Shown here piece by piece: positions 50,791 through 62,558 of a stretch of 64,000 nt of DNA. How positions within the stretch are numbered: position 1 is the stretch's first letter; each line of letters starts with the position of its first letter. The notes under the pieces were generated by a model that worked only from the letters and a program-made list of their open reading frames with translations, was not told the DNA's origin and did no database searches. The position numbers were made by a program, and so were the translations under genes. The stretch lies in NCBI GenBank assembly GCA_965645245.1, contig OZ287067.1, positions 2,108,001 to 2,172,000 of the forward strand. The letters run 5' to 3'. This DNA comes from Massalongia carnosa (Eukaryota).

Positions 50791-51588
50791 AGAGGGATAG
50801 ATTGATATCTTGATACTTACCGTCCAGCAACTACGTCAAGCTTGAGGGGAACAGCGGATGGCAGATGGCAGATGGGCAGATGATGCAGTCGATCGTTTGG
50901 GGTTCATCGGAATCAATCCAATCACCCCATGGCTTTTCACCCCATCAAACTGATCTGCACGGGTCTGGACCGAGTTGGGCAGCAAACTCGATTAGGTCTG
51001 AGAACAAAACAGAGTCTCCCCTTAATCGATTCCTCTCTCTCTCTCTCCCTCTCCCTCTCGGTTCTGTCTCTGTCCGTCGGTTCTGTTTATCTATGTGTCT
51101 CTCTCTCTCTGACGGTCTCATTTGACACACGTCGGATGACCTTGGATGACCTTGGCTAATGGTATTGTCCCTCGCTCAATGTAGTAATTCTCGTTGCTCT
51201 TCATCCGCCTTAGTTATACGGAATCCGCCGACTGTTTGATGTAGAAGATCACCCAGCCCCGGTACCGTTACCGATACTCTGTATTCGTACTCTGTCCTCG
51301 TACTCGGTACCGAGTACCGATACATTCCTTCGTGGAATGCAGAGTAGTATCTTCCACGGTACCGTAACCTTACAAAATACTCCGTGACTACAAAGTCACG
51401 AGTGTACTCTGTACATACATACCTCGGTACTCGTACGGTCTGTAATGACCACATACAGTTGGTGGTTCGGTTCAAGACGTCACTTGTACATCGAGAATCC
51501 TTCGAACCAGCTTCACGTGTCGGTTGTACTCCGTTTTGTTTGGCTGGCTGGCTACGGTATCATCCTATCGCTGAGAACATCATTCGGT

Positions 51589-52663
51589 ATGCCACGGAAC
51601 CTGTTCTCCAAACAGTCAGACGACGAGAAATCCCTCAACCTCACTAAAAGTCCAGAATCGCAAAGTTCAACTGGGACCGGCCGAGGTCTGCTCCACGAGT
51701 TAGGCCTCGTAAAGTCTCAGCTGCGAAGCAAGGGAGCGAATATCACGGCCAGAAATGACTTACATCCCTACGTGCAGACCTTGTCCCTGGCAGACCTGGA
51801 TAGCTGCGTCGCATTAGAGACTGCAGCGTTCCCCGAGGCTGAGAGGTGCTCGAGAGAAAATGTGAGCGATTTCCAAGTAATGTGTGAAGACTAACCAAAA
51901 GGGCTGGATTGTTTTGTACAGCTCTTGTGTCGTTGTGTTGCTGAAGGGGAAATGTATTCTGCCTGTAGAATCGCGTTCATCCAATATCTGGCTACTTGAT
52001 CATTCCTGGGAATATTTATATTTATTGTTTTACTTCTGTCGACCTGTCTTTTGTGGAGCCACTACGGTCAAGCGAAGACGATTATTTCAACTTACTCATC
52101 TTATCTAAAGTACATCTACCGCCTGAGCACCTGTCCCGAACTCTGCCTCGGTCTCTTCTCCACTACCCAACCTGACACGCCCGCCTCATCCCTCCCAACC
52201 TACGCATCCGCCCGCCCGCCTAACTCCGCCTTTCCGTCCAGGAAAGGCGTCCTGATCGCACACGTAATAGCCACCAAACGCGAATCCCCTGTCGTCACGG
52301 ATAATGCCATGAATGTTGGTGGCCACCAAGAGCATGGCCGCACCATCGCTATCCATTCGCTCGCTGTCTTGCCACAGTATCAACGTCGAAATCTGGGAAA
52401 GACACTATTGAAGGCGTACACCCAGCGGATGGAATCCGCCGGCATTGCGGATCGGATCGCCCTCCTGGCTCATCCGCATCTATCGAAATTCTACGAAGAA
52501 CAAGGCTTCTCCAATAAAGGAGAGAGCAAGTGTAAGAGTCACGGCGGCGGTTGGCATGATTTAGTATTGACCCTTTTGCTTGCTTCCTCTCGGCTGAGGG
52601 GTGGCGCTTCTGCTAACGGCATCACAGATATACGAATTTTCCGAACATGGCCTAGGATCCTAA
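51589..52663 (+). CDS. GNAT acetyltransferase (Paa1/arylalkylamine N-acetyltransferase-like), 3 exons
   Basis: LHPYVQTLSLADLDSCVALETAAFPEAERCSRE, YRLSTCPELCLGLF, GRTIAIHSLAVLPQYQRRNLGK and GGGWHDL. Confidence 0.88.
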
Positions 52664-54619
52664 GGCTCCGCATTTCTGGATGGTCTTGGAATGATCCTCC
52701 TAAGAGGCGCACCGCAGCCGGTTTGTGCTGGTGCCTGAAACGTGTCGTGTCAAGTTTTGCGTATTGCTCGAAAAGTCCAATCGGTGCCTTTCCCACTATC
52801 TCAATTTTCTACTACCCTTATCACGCAATAGTTTTCTCCACGGAGACGCCTTCATGGGGTCTTTCCATCTACCTCACATCTGTACACGTCTCTACATAGA
52901 TACCCAGTTCTGGTCTATCAACAACCTTTGCACCCAAGCATGCCCACCCAGTGGGACATCATCACGACTGGAATCCAATTCCTGAAAAGAATGCTTGACG
53001 AGCACCTAAAACTCCCTTTTCTTGATGAGATACCTAACCGTGCCGTTGTGTGTACTCGTTCTTCCTCGGTACCTACGCGGAGGCTCTTTTTATCTTGAAC
53101 CAAACCTTCTCATACTTATATCTATTTCTCTCTATTTCATCGTACCTAAAATCAATCGACAAAAAAGGTTCTTCCTCTTTTCCCTCGCCGTTCCTCCCTC
53201 CCATGAATTATCGCAGCTTGATCCCAAAAAACCGCGCATCCTTGTATCCTCCCGATTCGCCCTTGCTATCTGTTCTTTCTGAATTCGTTTCGACGAGAAT
53301 GAGGTTTGGAAGGGCGGTTTCTTGTTTTTCAGAGTATCGGAAGATTGTTCTCGACATTCACACTTTCTTCCAAAGAAGAAAACGCCCTCTTGAGCCACAG
53401 ATCTAAGTACTTCCTGCATACACATATTTCTTCATGGTCCCGCTCCCTCAAATGAAGGGAATCTTTTCCTGATCTGCCCTTCTCAGTTAATTATCTGAAA
53501 ATCTACAGTTCCGATGCTCCACCTCCCAAATCCCGAGCTCCTTCCATTGCTTTAGCTTCCACCTGTGAGCGTCTTTCTTCCAATTCGGCCGCTTGTGCAT
53601 CAGAGTAACACGTAGGTATGTGATCATTGAACTGAAAGTCGAGAGTTTTTGAGGAAAAGGGAGAATAATGCGTCCATGTAGATTTGCATACATGGCTGGC
53701 ATGTGTCTAAATTGGCTGACTTAGTCTGGAAAGTATTTTTTTATTGATGTTTTTGTCTTTTCTTTTCTTTCCTTTCCATTTCTTTTGAGTGAGAGAGTGT
53801 GTGTGTGTATGAGTGAGTGAGCGGAAGTAAGGAATGGGTCGACTAACTCCGAAGAAAGATCAAGGGAAAGTATCCGAGTAAGTATCCGTGGAGTACCTAC
53901 ATACCTACATATTATATGAACCCATCTAGAAAGCATACCTACCTATCTATTTATACGAACCACAATCTTTCCAACTATCACAAACGTCTTAGTTCAGTTT
54001 CCCATTCTTGAAAAGTCTGCAAGCATTTCGTCGCAGTAGGAAGAGAAAATAAACGAAACATTTCAATATTTCCAACAAAAGGGAGGACTCTTTTACCTTA
54101 CCCGATGAGCGTAAGTCAATGGTTTTGGGGAAAAGGCTTCAAAGCCTCGGTCGCTCATCACAGAAAAATACCAATGGCAAGAAAATAAATCAGGTTAATG
54201 GCCTCCGAAAACATTACTGGAGGTAACTAGTAGGTTCGATTTGCGATGACTTCCCCCCAGCGGATCGATTGATATGGTTCTAGAGACCGATCCAAGGCGC
54301 GAATGAGCGGAATTCAGGTACTTTGCTTAGATACTTGCAGAAGTTCCTTTTATTTGTGGGAAAGGGGTAGGATTGCGTTTTCTGCTTTCCCCATTCTTTC
54401 CATTCTCCCTCCCCAAACCGGGTCCCGAAACCCATCTCGTCCGTTCAGTTTCTCCTAAAAAAATAATCCGGTATCCGTTATTTTTTCAGTGATCCTCGTT
54501 CCATTATTCGTTCCCTGCTCCCGGTTCCCGGGGGAAGAGGAACTTCGTTGGTGGTGGGCCCCCCCCCGGGGAAGGGGGAATACCTACCTACCTAGCTAAT
54601 ATAAACAATTGCGGTTTCT

Positions 54620-54925
54620 TTGTTTCCTTTCTCGTCCATTCCTCTTGCAAAAGGCCGCGTGCAATGTGGCTCCTCTTAAGGAATTTGGTCAAAAGTATTG
54701 ACTATTTCTTTTAGGATGGACCGGGTTATAGGTCAACGTTCTCGTGGCTGGACAGCGGGGCGGAGCCGGCGTATGCCTGCTACGATTCTTTCTAGTTGGG
54801 GATGATGAAATATATCTAATTCAGCCTTCGACGCGCCTCTGTCGACTTGATAAGATCTGATGCCGTTTATGTATTGTTTTATGGTTTTTGGATTAATTCC
54901 CCTATCGCGTAAATAGGCTGCCACG
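54620..54925 (-). mobile_element. Tyrosine-recombinase (DIRS/Ngaro-type retrotransposon) fragment
   Basis: AYLRDRGINPKTIKQYINGIRSYQVDRG...FHHPQLERIVAGIRRL...RER*PITRSIL resembles the N-terminal part of fungal YR integrases; truncated. Confidence 0.7.
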
Positions 54926-55024
54926 CGAGGGACAAAAAAAACTAAACAAAATTTAACCGGGCTCAACTCCTCACCAAAACACAAGCAATTTACATACGAT
55001 TTTGATGGGATAATCATCATTATT

Positions 55025-55460
55025 ATGAATTCTATACATATCGAGACTCCTATTAAAGCTAAAATTCAGGGAGCCGTTGAGTTTTGCGAAAAGCAAGGCA
55101 TTTCTTATCACAAAGAGGATGTTTTTCGCACATTTGATGTGGAACGTACGAGGGGCTATGCATACCTGCGTGAAGGAGCCTCATCACGCCGTCATCATAA
55201 TAATTCCGATGTTTCTGAAGCTCGTGGGCGTCTCAATTTTTACGCCTAAATTGATTAGAGAAATGGAACGGCTATTGGAAGAAGAAGGTATGAAGGCACG
55301 CGCTCTTACATGGAAGCAATTGAGCTTCGAAGTAGGCCTAGACTGCAGTGGCAAAATCATTCAACGAATCATGAGCATCATGGATTATCACAAATGCATT
55401 GCGTGCAGAAAGGATAAGTGAACGAGAAGACAAGAAAGCTTCGTATGAAGTGGTCAGATG
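55025..55460 (+). mobile_element. Tc1/mariner transposase 5' fragment, frameshifted
   Basis: TPIKAKIQGAVEFCEKQGI...KEDVFRTFDV...RGR / ARALTWKQLSFEVGL...MDYHKCIACRK (HTH region); no DDE domain retained. Confidence 0.7.
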
Positions 55461-55649
55461 CTATCCGTGCCCCACACTTTCGCTCGGTCGGCCTCACTTA
55501 GTGCTAGCCAGCCATACAACCAAAAATCAACTACTCTACATATATCGGGGTTTTTTTCAACAATTCCTTCATGCTCATCATTCATCTTTTGTGATTATTC
55601 ATTCGCTTAGTCATGAGCATCTTTCTATGCGCTTTTGACTGTCTAGTCA

Positions 55650-56539
55650 TATTGGTGAGAGCCGTACAATAGCGCTTTTCCCATGCGACCCCTCGTTCTT
55701 TCTCTCTCTCCTCCTCTACCTTCTCTGTCTCGAATCATTAAACGAGCCTCTTCAACAGTAAATACATCTTCGCGATGAAGAATCTTATTGAACCTTTTCG
55801 AGCAGTCTGAACCGCGGTTTGCTGTTCTCAGCGTTGTTTGAAAAGATCGTCTTTTCGTACTTCGATCACAGCTTCTTTCACAAATTTGCTGATCATTTAT
55901 ACAAGATCATCAGAACAAGTCGAATGCATCATGATTTCTGTGATTATTTCGATCAACTGTCGCACGATTCGAGGAATTTTTGTATTGATTGAACTGCTAT
56001 ATAAGACGAAATTGAAATTGAAATTGATTCACGAAAACGAGAAAGAAGTTCTCGAACTTTATCGAGAGCAATTTTCGAATTGTATGAAATCAAGTTCGTT
56101 TGTTTTCAAGCGAATTTTATTGTTGATGATTTAAACGCTCGCGATCGAAACGAGTTAAATGCAGCAAAAAATTCGATTTTGAAAAACGTTTCGTCTTCGT
56201 TCTGAATTGTCTCATTGACGACACTGGCCCAGATTCTGGCCCTCGTGCCATTGGTTCTCCCATCGCATAAGGCTCGCAAAAGGCGTTTCGAAATGTACCT
56301 GGACGTCTGCCGTAGTATCCGATGGGTTTTGGTGATCCAATCGTCCAGCGATTGGCATTCGTCATCCGTTAATGCTAATGGATCGAGTGCCTTTCCCCAC
56401 TGAAGCCTCATGACCCGCTCATGTAGACCCATTATAGACGCAACTAGAATACTGAAATTCTGGGTGCATTACAATACTGATGATAGAGCGCAACGCTAAG
56501 CTTAGTGATAGTTGCGAAATCGCTAACCCCAAAATTCAT
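55650..56539 (-). pseudogene. Pseudogene with a SesA/HeLo-like fungal NLR N-terminal domain and an AT-shifted 3' part
   Basis: MNFGVSDFATITKLSVALYHQYCNAP, then a 1-nt shift to QNFSILVASIMGLHERVMRL...LDDWITKTHRILRQTSRYISK, then stops. Confidence 0.45.
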
Positions 56540-59052
56540 GGCGGCCGTGTTGGTTGAATTGCGATAGGGATTATATTAAGGGTAGAACTGGGATGAAAGT
56601 ATGTTCGAAGTGGAGCTTATGATAAGCTTACTGTTACTATAGGAAAAGGGTGATTGGAGAGGATGAGCTGTTGTGGATTGAGGGTAGTGAAGTATGCTGC
56701 TATGGTTTGAGCGCAGACTCCTATATATGTAAATTAACCTTCTTAGGGACTAACATTAGGTCTTCATTCTGAATCGTTCTACTATCTAGACTCCAGCGCT
56801 GAAGCATGACAACACCACATCTCCCGCTAAGTTTAATATATGATTCAACTCGAAACCAAAGACAGCGCTGGAATTAATGAATGGACGTAAGAGACAATCG
56901 CGGATGATGATTCAAATCAGCCATAACGACGATATGTCCAAAACACATTTCATACCCGAGGTTGGTTATGGAAAGTTACCTAGAGACAGATCGAGATAAG
57001 CCTCTTGCAGGAGCACGATGCGTCGATGGCCAGCGGAACCCAATAAGCGAGCCAAGAATGTCTGACATTTCTTTGTTCTCGACGGTTATGGCTAAGACAA
57101 GCCTCCTTCGAGACAAGATTCTGGAACCCATGTGCTTTTTCCTGAAGAAAATTTTTTTGAAAGCCTTCATGCACCTCTCCTTCCGACAGCCTGTCTTGTT
57201 CAGTTTTGGTATATTCTTAACGAAATCTTGAACATCAAGGGAACCTTTCGCACAGACTCAGTCTCTTTATTGTTCTTGTAAGAAGCAAAAGTGATCCAAA
57301 TGAGAGCTTTTGTTCAAAATCTACGCTTGGATATGGTTGCCAGAACACGAATTATATGGGGAGCTCATGATTGTGGTGGCTGGGCTCAGTCGTCAGATAC
57401 GTCAAGGAGGCCGCCCACATCCTTCGCGACAGAGAACGTACAGAACAAATAGTTATACGATTAGTCTAAAAGGGCGGTTTAGGTTACGGAGGCCACAGTC
57501 TCACATATCATAGGAAGGAAATTTCCTGACGTTGCTGATCGGGTCTGTTATTCTGTCATTTTGAAACGTGGGTCTCTTAAAACGAAAGACACTCTACTTC
57601 ACCAATGTGAGCCATCCTCACAATTAACCAAGCTCGCTATCGATCAGTTCAAGAGACGCTCTGAAAATGCGAAACGCCAATTTCCACTCCCATTTGTGCC
57701 TCCAACAACGCCACATGGTCCCCTTAAACTGGCTGTGAATTCCCCGTAGATCGCTGCGAGGATCAAGCCGAGGACCCACAGGACCCGAGACAGTGAGAAA
57801 GCTCTTGAAAATTTGGGGATCGAGCAGCCAACAAAGCTAACATATTCTCGAAATAATGCGAATAGAAACGGATCGCAGATCCCGATTTGCACCTTTTCAG
57901 AAAAGGGGAGACGGGAAGAATTTAATTTAGCAATCAGAGCAGCCAAAGATATTAAGTCATCATGTAGGTTCATAAGCTGAACAGCTGAAACGCTAACCAA
58001 CACCAGGCAAGTATTCCTACTTACAAGCCAGATGAGTCCATTCGGGTGATAAAGGGGGCCCCGTTTCTCGGTCCCTAAGGAGGCCCAAATTCGAACGTAG
58101 CGGGTTTTTTTCTCTTCGTGTGATAGAGAGTTAGATATACGACATCAATTTTCATAATGCGTTCAAGCATTTGCGAACAGCGCAAATTACCGTTATGGCT
58201 TCAGGCTCGGACTGCAGATTCCCCCCACCCCTTCCATTGCCCTACGTTACGTTCTAGATAGAAAGATTCTATCATTCTGCTAATATAAGCTGTGTTGAAA
58301 ACAGTTACTGTGACAGTGGGGTCGGTTCCGCATTCAAACTTAGGGATTTGTCAATTTCCAAAAAATAAAAACAAAACAACTGAAATGTGTTTGAATTCAG
58401 AAGATATACAAATCAGGCTCTAAATTTGGGGAGACAAACTTGGAAATGCTAGGAAATCGAAAAATAGCTATTTTTGGCCCTATGCCACCTTGGGCTACTA
58501 CCCCACCAACCAAACACCCTCCGCTCCTACTCTGCCCTCGACCGTGCTACCGCTAAAACTGTCCAGATCCTCGATCCTCTACCCTTGTCCCCAGGAGATA
58601 CGTGAGCTTGCTTTGTTCATGAAAGTGTTTGGTGGAGATTGGTGGTGGTGGTGCTTGGCAAAGTGTCGAGCGGAGGTGGAAAACTTTGAGCACAAGGCCA
58701 CGGCGGCGAGATGCCGCTGCTGCTAAATTAAGCTCGATAAGGTCAAAAAGAACTTGGATCTTTAATTGGGCTTGAGCGCACACTTCGGTTTGTACTGGTT
58801 GTCCAGAAAAGGGTGCCTGTGCTTCTTAACGTTATGTGCGATCCATGCGGGATCATTGAAACCTGTTGGCACTTTCGACTCGCGCTTTCTCTAGCCCCTT
58901 ACAACTCCCCTTAGGCTGTTCCTTCCGTGACCCGCCATGTGGTTTTCTTCGAGTGGGCTGGGAATAAAGGGTCTTTAGATCTGCGAACCTTCTAGCTTTT
59001 AACTATGATTTCTTCCATTAGCACCCTCAATGTCTAGACTAGCAATAGGAGT

Positions 59053-60369
59053 TTAGCTCGGAACTGTGGCATCCAGACTTTGAGTCTTAGCGTTGGCGGC
59101 GGCGATGAATCGACAGCGTTGTTCTTTTGCCCAGTCACGGGCATTCCTGTACGCACTGGCACCCTCACGAAATGATATTGACGTACTGGCCATATCCCAT
59201 TGTCCTAGCTGCGTCATTTGATATTGTATAGTACTGTTGGAGTTTGCTGTCCGAACAGCATGGATCGTATACAATGTGAGTAATCCGGCCTCTGTGTTAT
59301 AAGTCGATGTGATCGTATAAGCATCCGTCTCCAGAAATTTCTCGGAATCAATATAACATCGAAGCATATCCATACCACGAGCACCTAAAGTACCATGATA
59401 GCAAGCTTGACGCCAGCTGACTCGAGGAGATTTCGAGCCTCCTTTTGCTTCTGTGAAGAAGTTTGGCAAGCATGGGTTTTTCTTGTTTTTTGATGGTATG
59501 ATGTATTTACTGAGTTCGTTCCGGACGCGTTTGCTCAATTTCCGGGACTGCTCTCCATCATAGAAATCTGGCCTGCCAGTGATGATCGAGCCATCTGTGA
59601 GATCGCAAAGGTTTGTGAACCTGATGCTTCTTTGAGTCCTAAATCTTGCCTTGCCAGCAATCAATAGAAGCGCCTGATCCGTCGTTCTGGGTTCATTGGC
59701 TGCTGCTCGTCTCGCACTTACGAAAGCTTGAAACGCAGGTTGGATAATAAAGATCGAGGTAAGAGATGGTCTGGGTGCGCTCAGCATTTTCTTGATTTCC
59801 TTTATGTTGCTTGGTTTTTCTAGACCAGGTCCTTCTTCCATAAAAATACGGTAATCAACAAGATGCTGTTGGAAAGCAGCATCATAGGCAGACCTTCGAC
59901 GAGTTTTGGTTTCTGAAGGAGCTCGTTCTTTGGTGGAGAAGTTTGAGTACTAGAACGTGTCAGTAATTCCCTCACAATAATCCCATATATATAATACCGC
60001 TATCATTTCATTGATATTTGGACCGCCGTGTCTGGCAAAGCGCTTTAGCTGTAAAATGTTGACCTCCCTCAAAGTGGATGGTGCTGGCGGCTGGGGTTGA
60101 GAAAATCGGACTGTCCTCCGATCAAATTCCCGAAGAGCACGAAGAGTGAGCCATTGGCGTGAAAGACTATCCCAGAACGCGGGCGGGTTTATATTTAGTC
60201 TATTAGATGATGCTGATGTTGTTGATGGTACCGAAGGAGTGGAAGACGGGGGAAGAAGAGGAGAATAAGAACGAGAAAGAGAAGAAGCTGGAGACAGAGA
60301 TGGAGACCGAGACTGAAACGGAGAAGGAGAAGGAGAAGGAGAGGAATCGGGCTCGCTTTCGCTAGACAT
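59053..60369 (-). CDS. Fungal PD-(D/E)XK nuclease-like hypothetical protein (~422 aa, 2 exons)
   Basis: Exons 60369-59998 and 59949-59053 splice in frame across a 48-nt intron. Motifs PPAFWDSLSRQWLT, SAYDAAFQQHLVD, RPDFYDG, LPNFFTEAKG, RQACYHGTLGARGM and FREGASAYRNARDWAKEQR. Confidence 0.8.
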
Positions 60370-60466
60370 TCTCGTATTCAAAAGAAAATGATGTTAATGG
60401 GTCAACCAGAAAGAGAATATAGTGAAAACGATGCGCAGTTATACTAGCATGTAGATACATTCCGCG

Positions 60467-60558
60467 AACAAAGGCACTTAACCTTCCATATGCGGAGAGG
60501 ACTCTTCTTCCACAAACGAAAAATTCTCTCCGCATATGGAAGATCAGGTGCCTTTGTT
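60467..60558. promoter_or_regulatory. 33-bp inverted repeat (30/33 match, 26-bp spacer) in the divergent intergenic region
   Basis: Left arm aacaaaggcacttaaccttccatatgcggagag (60467-60499); reverse complement of 60526-60558 is aacaaaggcacctgatcttccatatgcggagag. Confidence 0.8.
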
Positions 60559-60676
60559 AGTCCCCCTGGTTTGTGTCAAAGTCCCAGCTTTTTAAGAAAC
60601 ATACCTTAACATCAATCATAGAAAAGGACGCTATCGAAGTCTTACCTAGCTAATTCCTTGCCCCTATACTCCTATA

Positions 60677-61760
60677 ATGGATAATCTGGTAGGTTGGTTC
60701 CGCTGATGTCTCCGCCCTTGTGTTTCTCGGAGGTATATCATCTAATTATTCACAGGATTTGCGCATTGCGGGAAAATACCGCCTGAAAAGGAAAATTGCT
60801 AGTGGTGGCTGGGGAGTTGTTTATCTAGGTATGGTTTGCTGATACAACACGACCTGTTCCTATTACTCACCATTGTAAAAGCAACCGATCTCGATTCAAA
60901 GGAGGATGTCGCCGTCAAGCTCGAGCACATGTTCAATGAGTCTTTGCTACTCTCAAACGAAGCTAACGTTTATCGCCATATTTCTGGTGGTGTTGGTATC
61001 CCTCGCGTTCATTGGTATGGCTCTGAATGCGAATATTATGCTCTGGTCCTTGAACTTCTAGGCCCAAGTTTGGAAGATCTGCTCTACTTTTGTGGGGGGA
61101 AGCTTTCTCTCAAGACTACTCTTATGCTCTTTGATCAGCTTATATGCCGGTTACGGTACATCCATTCCAAAAAGATTCTTCATCGAGACATAAAACCAGA
61201 AAACTTCTTGATGGGCACCGGCAAGCGTGGCAACCAGGTTTTTGTGACCGATCCAGGCCTTGCAACCCACTATGTGGCCAGTGACAGGGTGGATCCCATG
61301 CCCCGGCCGGAAAACCCACAGGGTCTTGGCACCCCATACTACTCCAGCATAAATGGCCAGCTAGGTATACGTATGCCATGCAATCCATATGGGCGAATGT
61401 CTAGTGGTAACTTCGCTAATCATGGTTGTAGCGCAATCATACCGCGACGATCTCGAGGCTCTAGGATTTGTGGTCGTCTATCTGCTTCGAGGCACTCTGC
61501 CATGGCCAACAGGAAACGATTTAGAATCCATCGCCAAAGTGCTCAATGTGAAGGAGACAATCAGTGTAGAGGATTTTTGCCAAGGGCTGCCAAAAGAAAT
61601 TGCCACGTATCTCAAGTATGTGAAGTCTCTTCGAGATGGAGAAAAGCCCAATTACTCTTATTTGCGCCGCCTGTTCCAAGGCCTCTTCAAACGAGAGGGC
61701 TTCGAATACGACTATGTCTTTGACTGGACTATTTTAAAGTATAGGATGACAGTACCATGA
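60677..61760 (+). CDS. Divergent casein kinase 1 (Hhp1/Hrr25-derived) paralogue, ~300 aa, 4 exons, no C-terminal tail
   Basis: Exons 60677-60688, 60756-60828, 60882-61370 and 61432-61760 give an open frame with DLRIAGKYRL, VAVKLE, LLGPSLEDL, HRDIKPENFLMG, QSYRDDLEALG and DYVFDWTILKY. Confidence 0.9.
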
Positions 61761-62558
61761 CGGGAGTAGCTTTATAACATAGGCTCTGCCTTTTAAGGAT
61801 AACAGGAAACATAAAATAAGTCGAAATTATTGTCATAGGATAATCTATACTCGCAATGATAGGCATATTTGATAGTCAACCATTGAAAGGATAGAGTTAC
61901 TATTCAACCATTTGACCTTAGGAATCGAAAGGATCATGATAGCACCATTTAAGAGTAAAGCCAAATCTGTATCGAGAGTGATATGGTGGTGGGTAGTCAT
62001 CATATCCTTTAACCTAAAGCCTGATTAAGTTAGAGCGAAAATCTGCCACGTGATTAGAAAGCAGCGTTAGCTTAAGTCAAGTTACCTAAACTATTTACAC
62101 ACAAAAAGAAGATTATCTCGTTATGGTTGACGGACTACAAAGGAATGGAAAATCGAATGATTGCGGAGGATTGATAGCTATCTACCTAGTTGCTTCGATA
62201 ACCGGATGGCCGAATGGGTCAGATGGTCGAATAGCGGAATGAGTGAGTGACCGAATGCGTACTTTGGGGGGGAACACATGATCGGATAGGCTTTGTTCAG
62301 GTCTGGGGACAGTGATAAAAGGGGAGCAGATCTGATGGAATCATTCCGCTTGTGATGGTTGTTTTTCTGCATTTGACTTTTGGTTGTTTGAATTGGTGGG
62401 GGGCCCTTTGCTGGGGTCATTTCGAAACCTTTACCTTAGAAGTGTCCTTCGGGTTGCTTGGTTCGACGCAGAGAGGGGACAAAAGGAAAAGAAGTATGAA
62501 AGACTTTGGGCTTTCATTGAAACTTTGTCTGTCTAACCTGTTATATTTTTGGAGACAA

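Noticed and set aside
54195..54260. tRNA-like GGTTCGA motif
   Set aside because: No acceptor stem or cloverleaf could be folded.
56950..58750. Additional genes or element boundaries next to the nuclease/CK1 pair
   Set aside because: Only short unrelated ORFs; no TIR, LTR or TSD found by eye.
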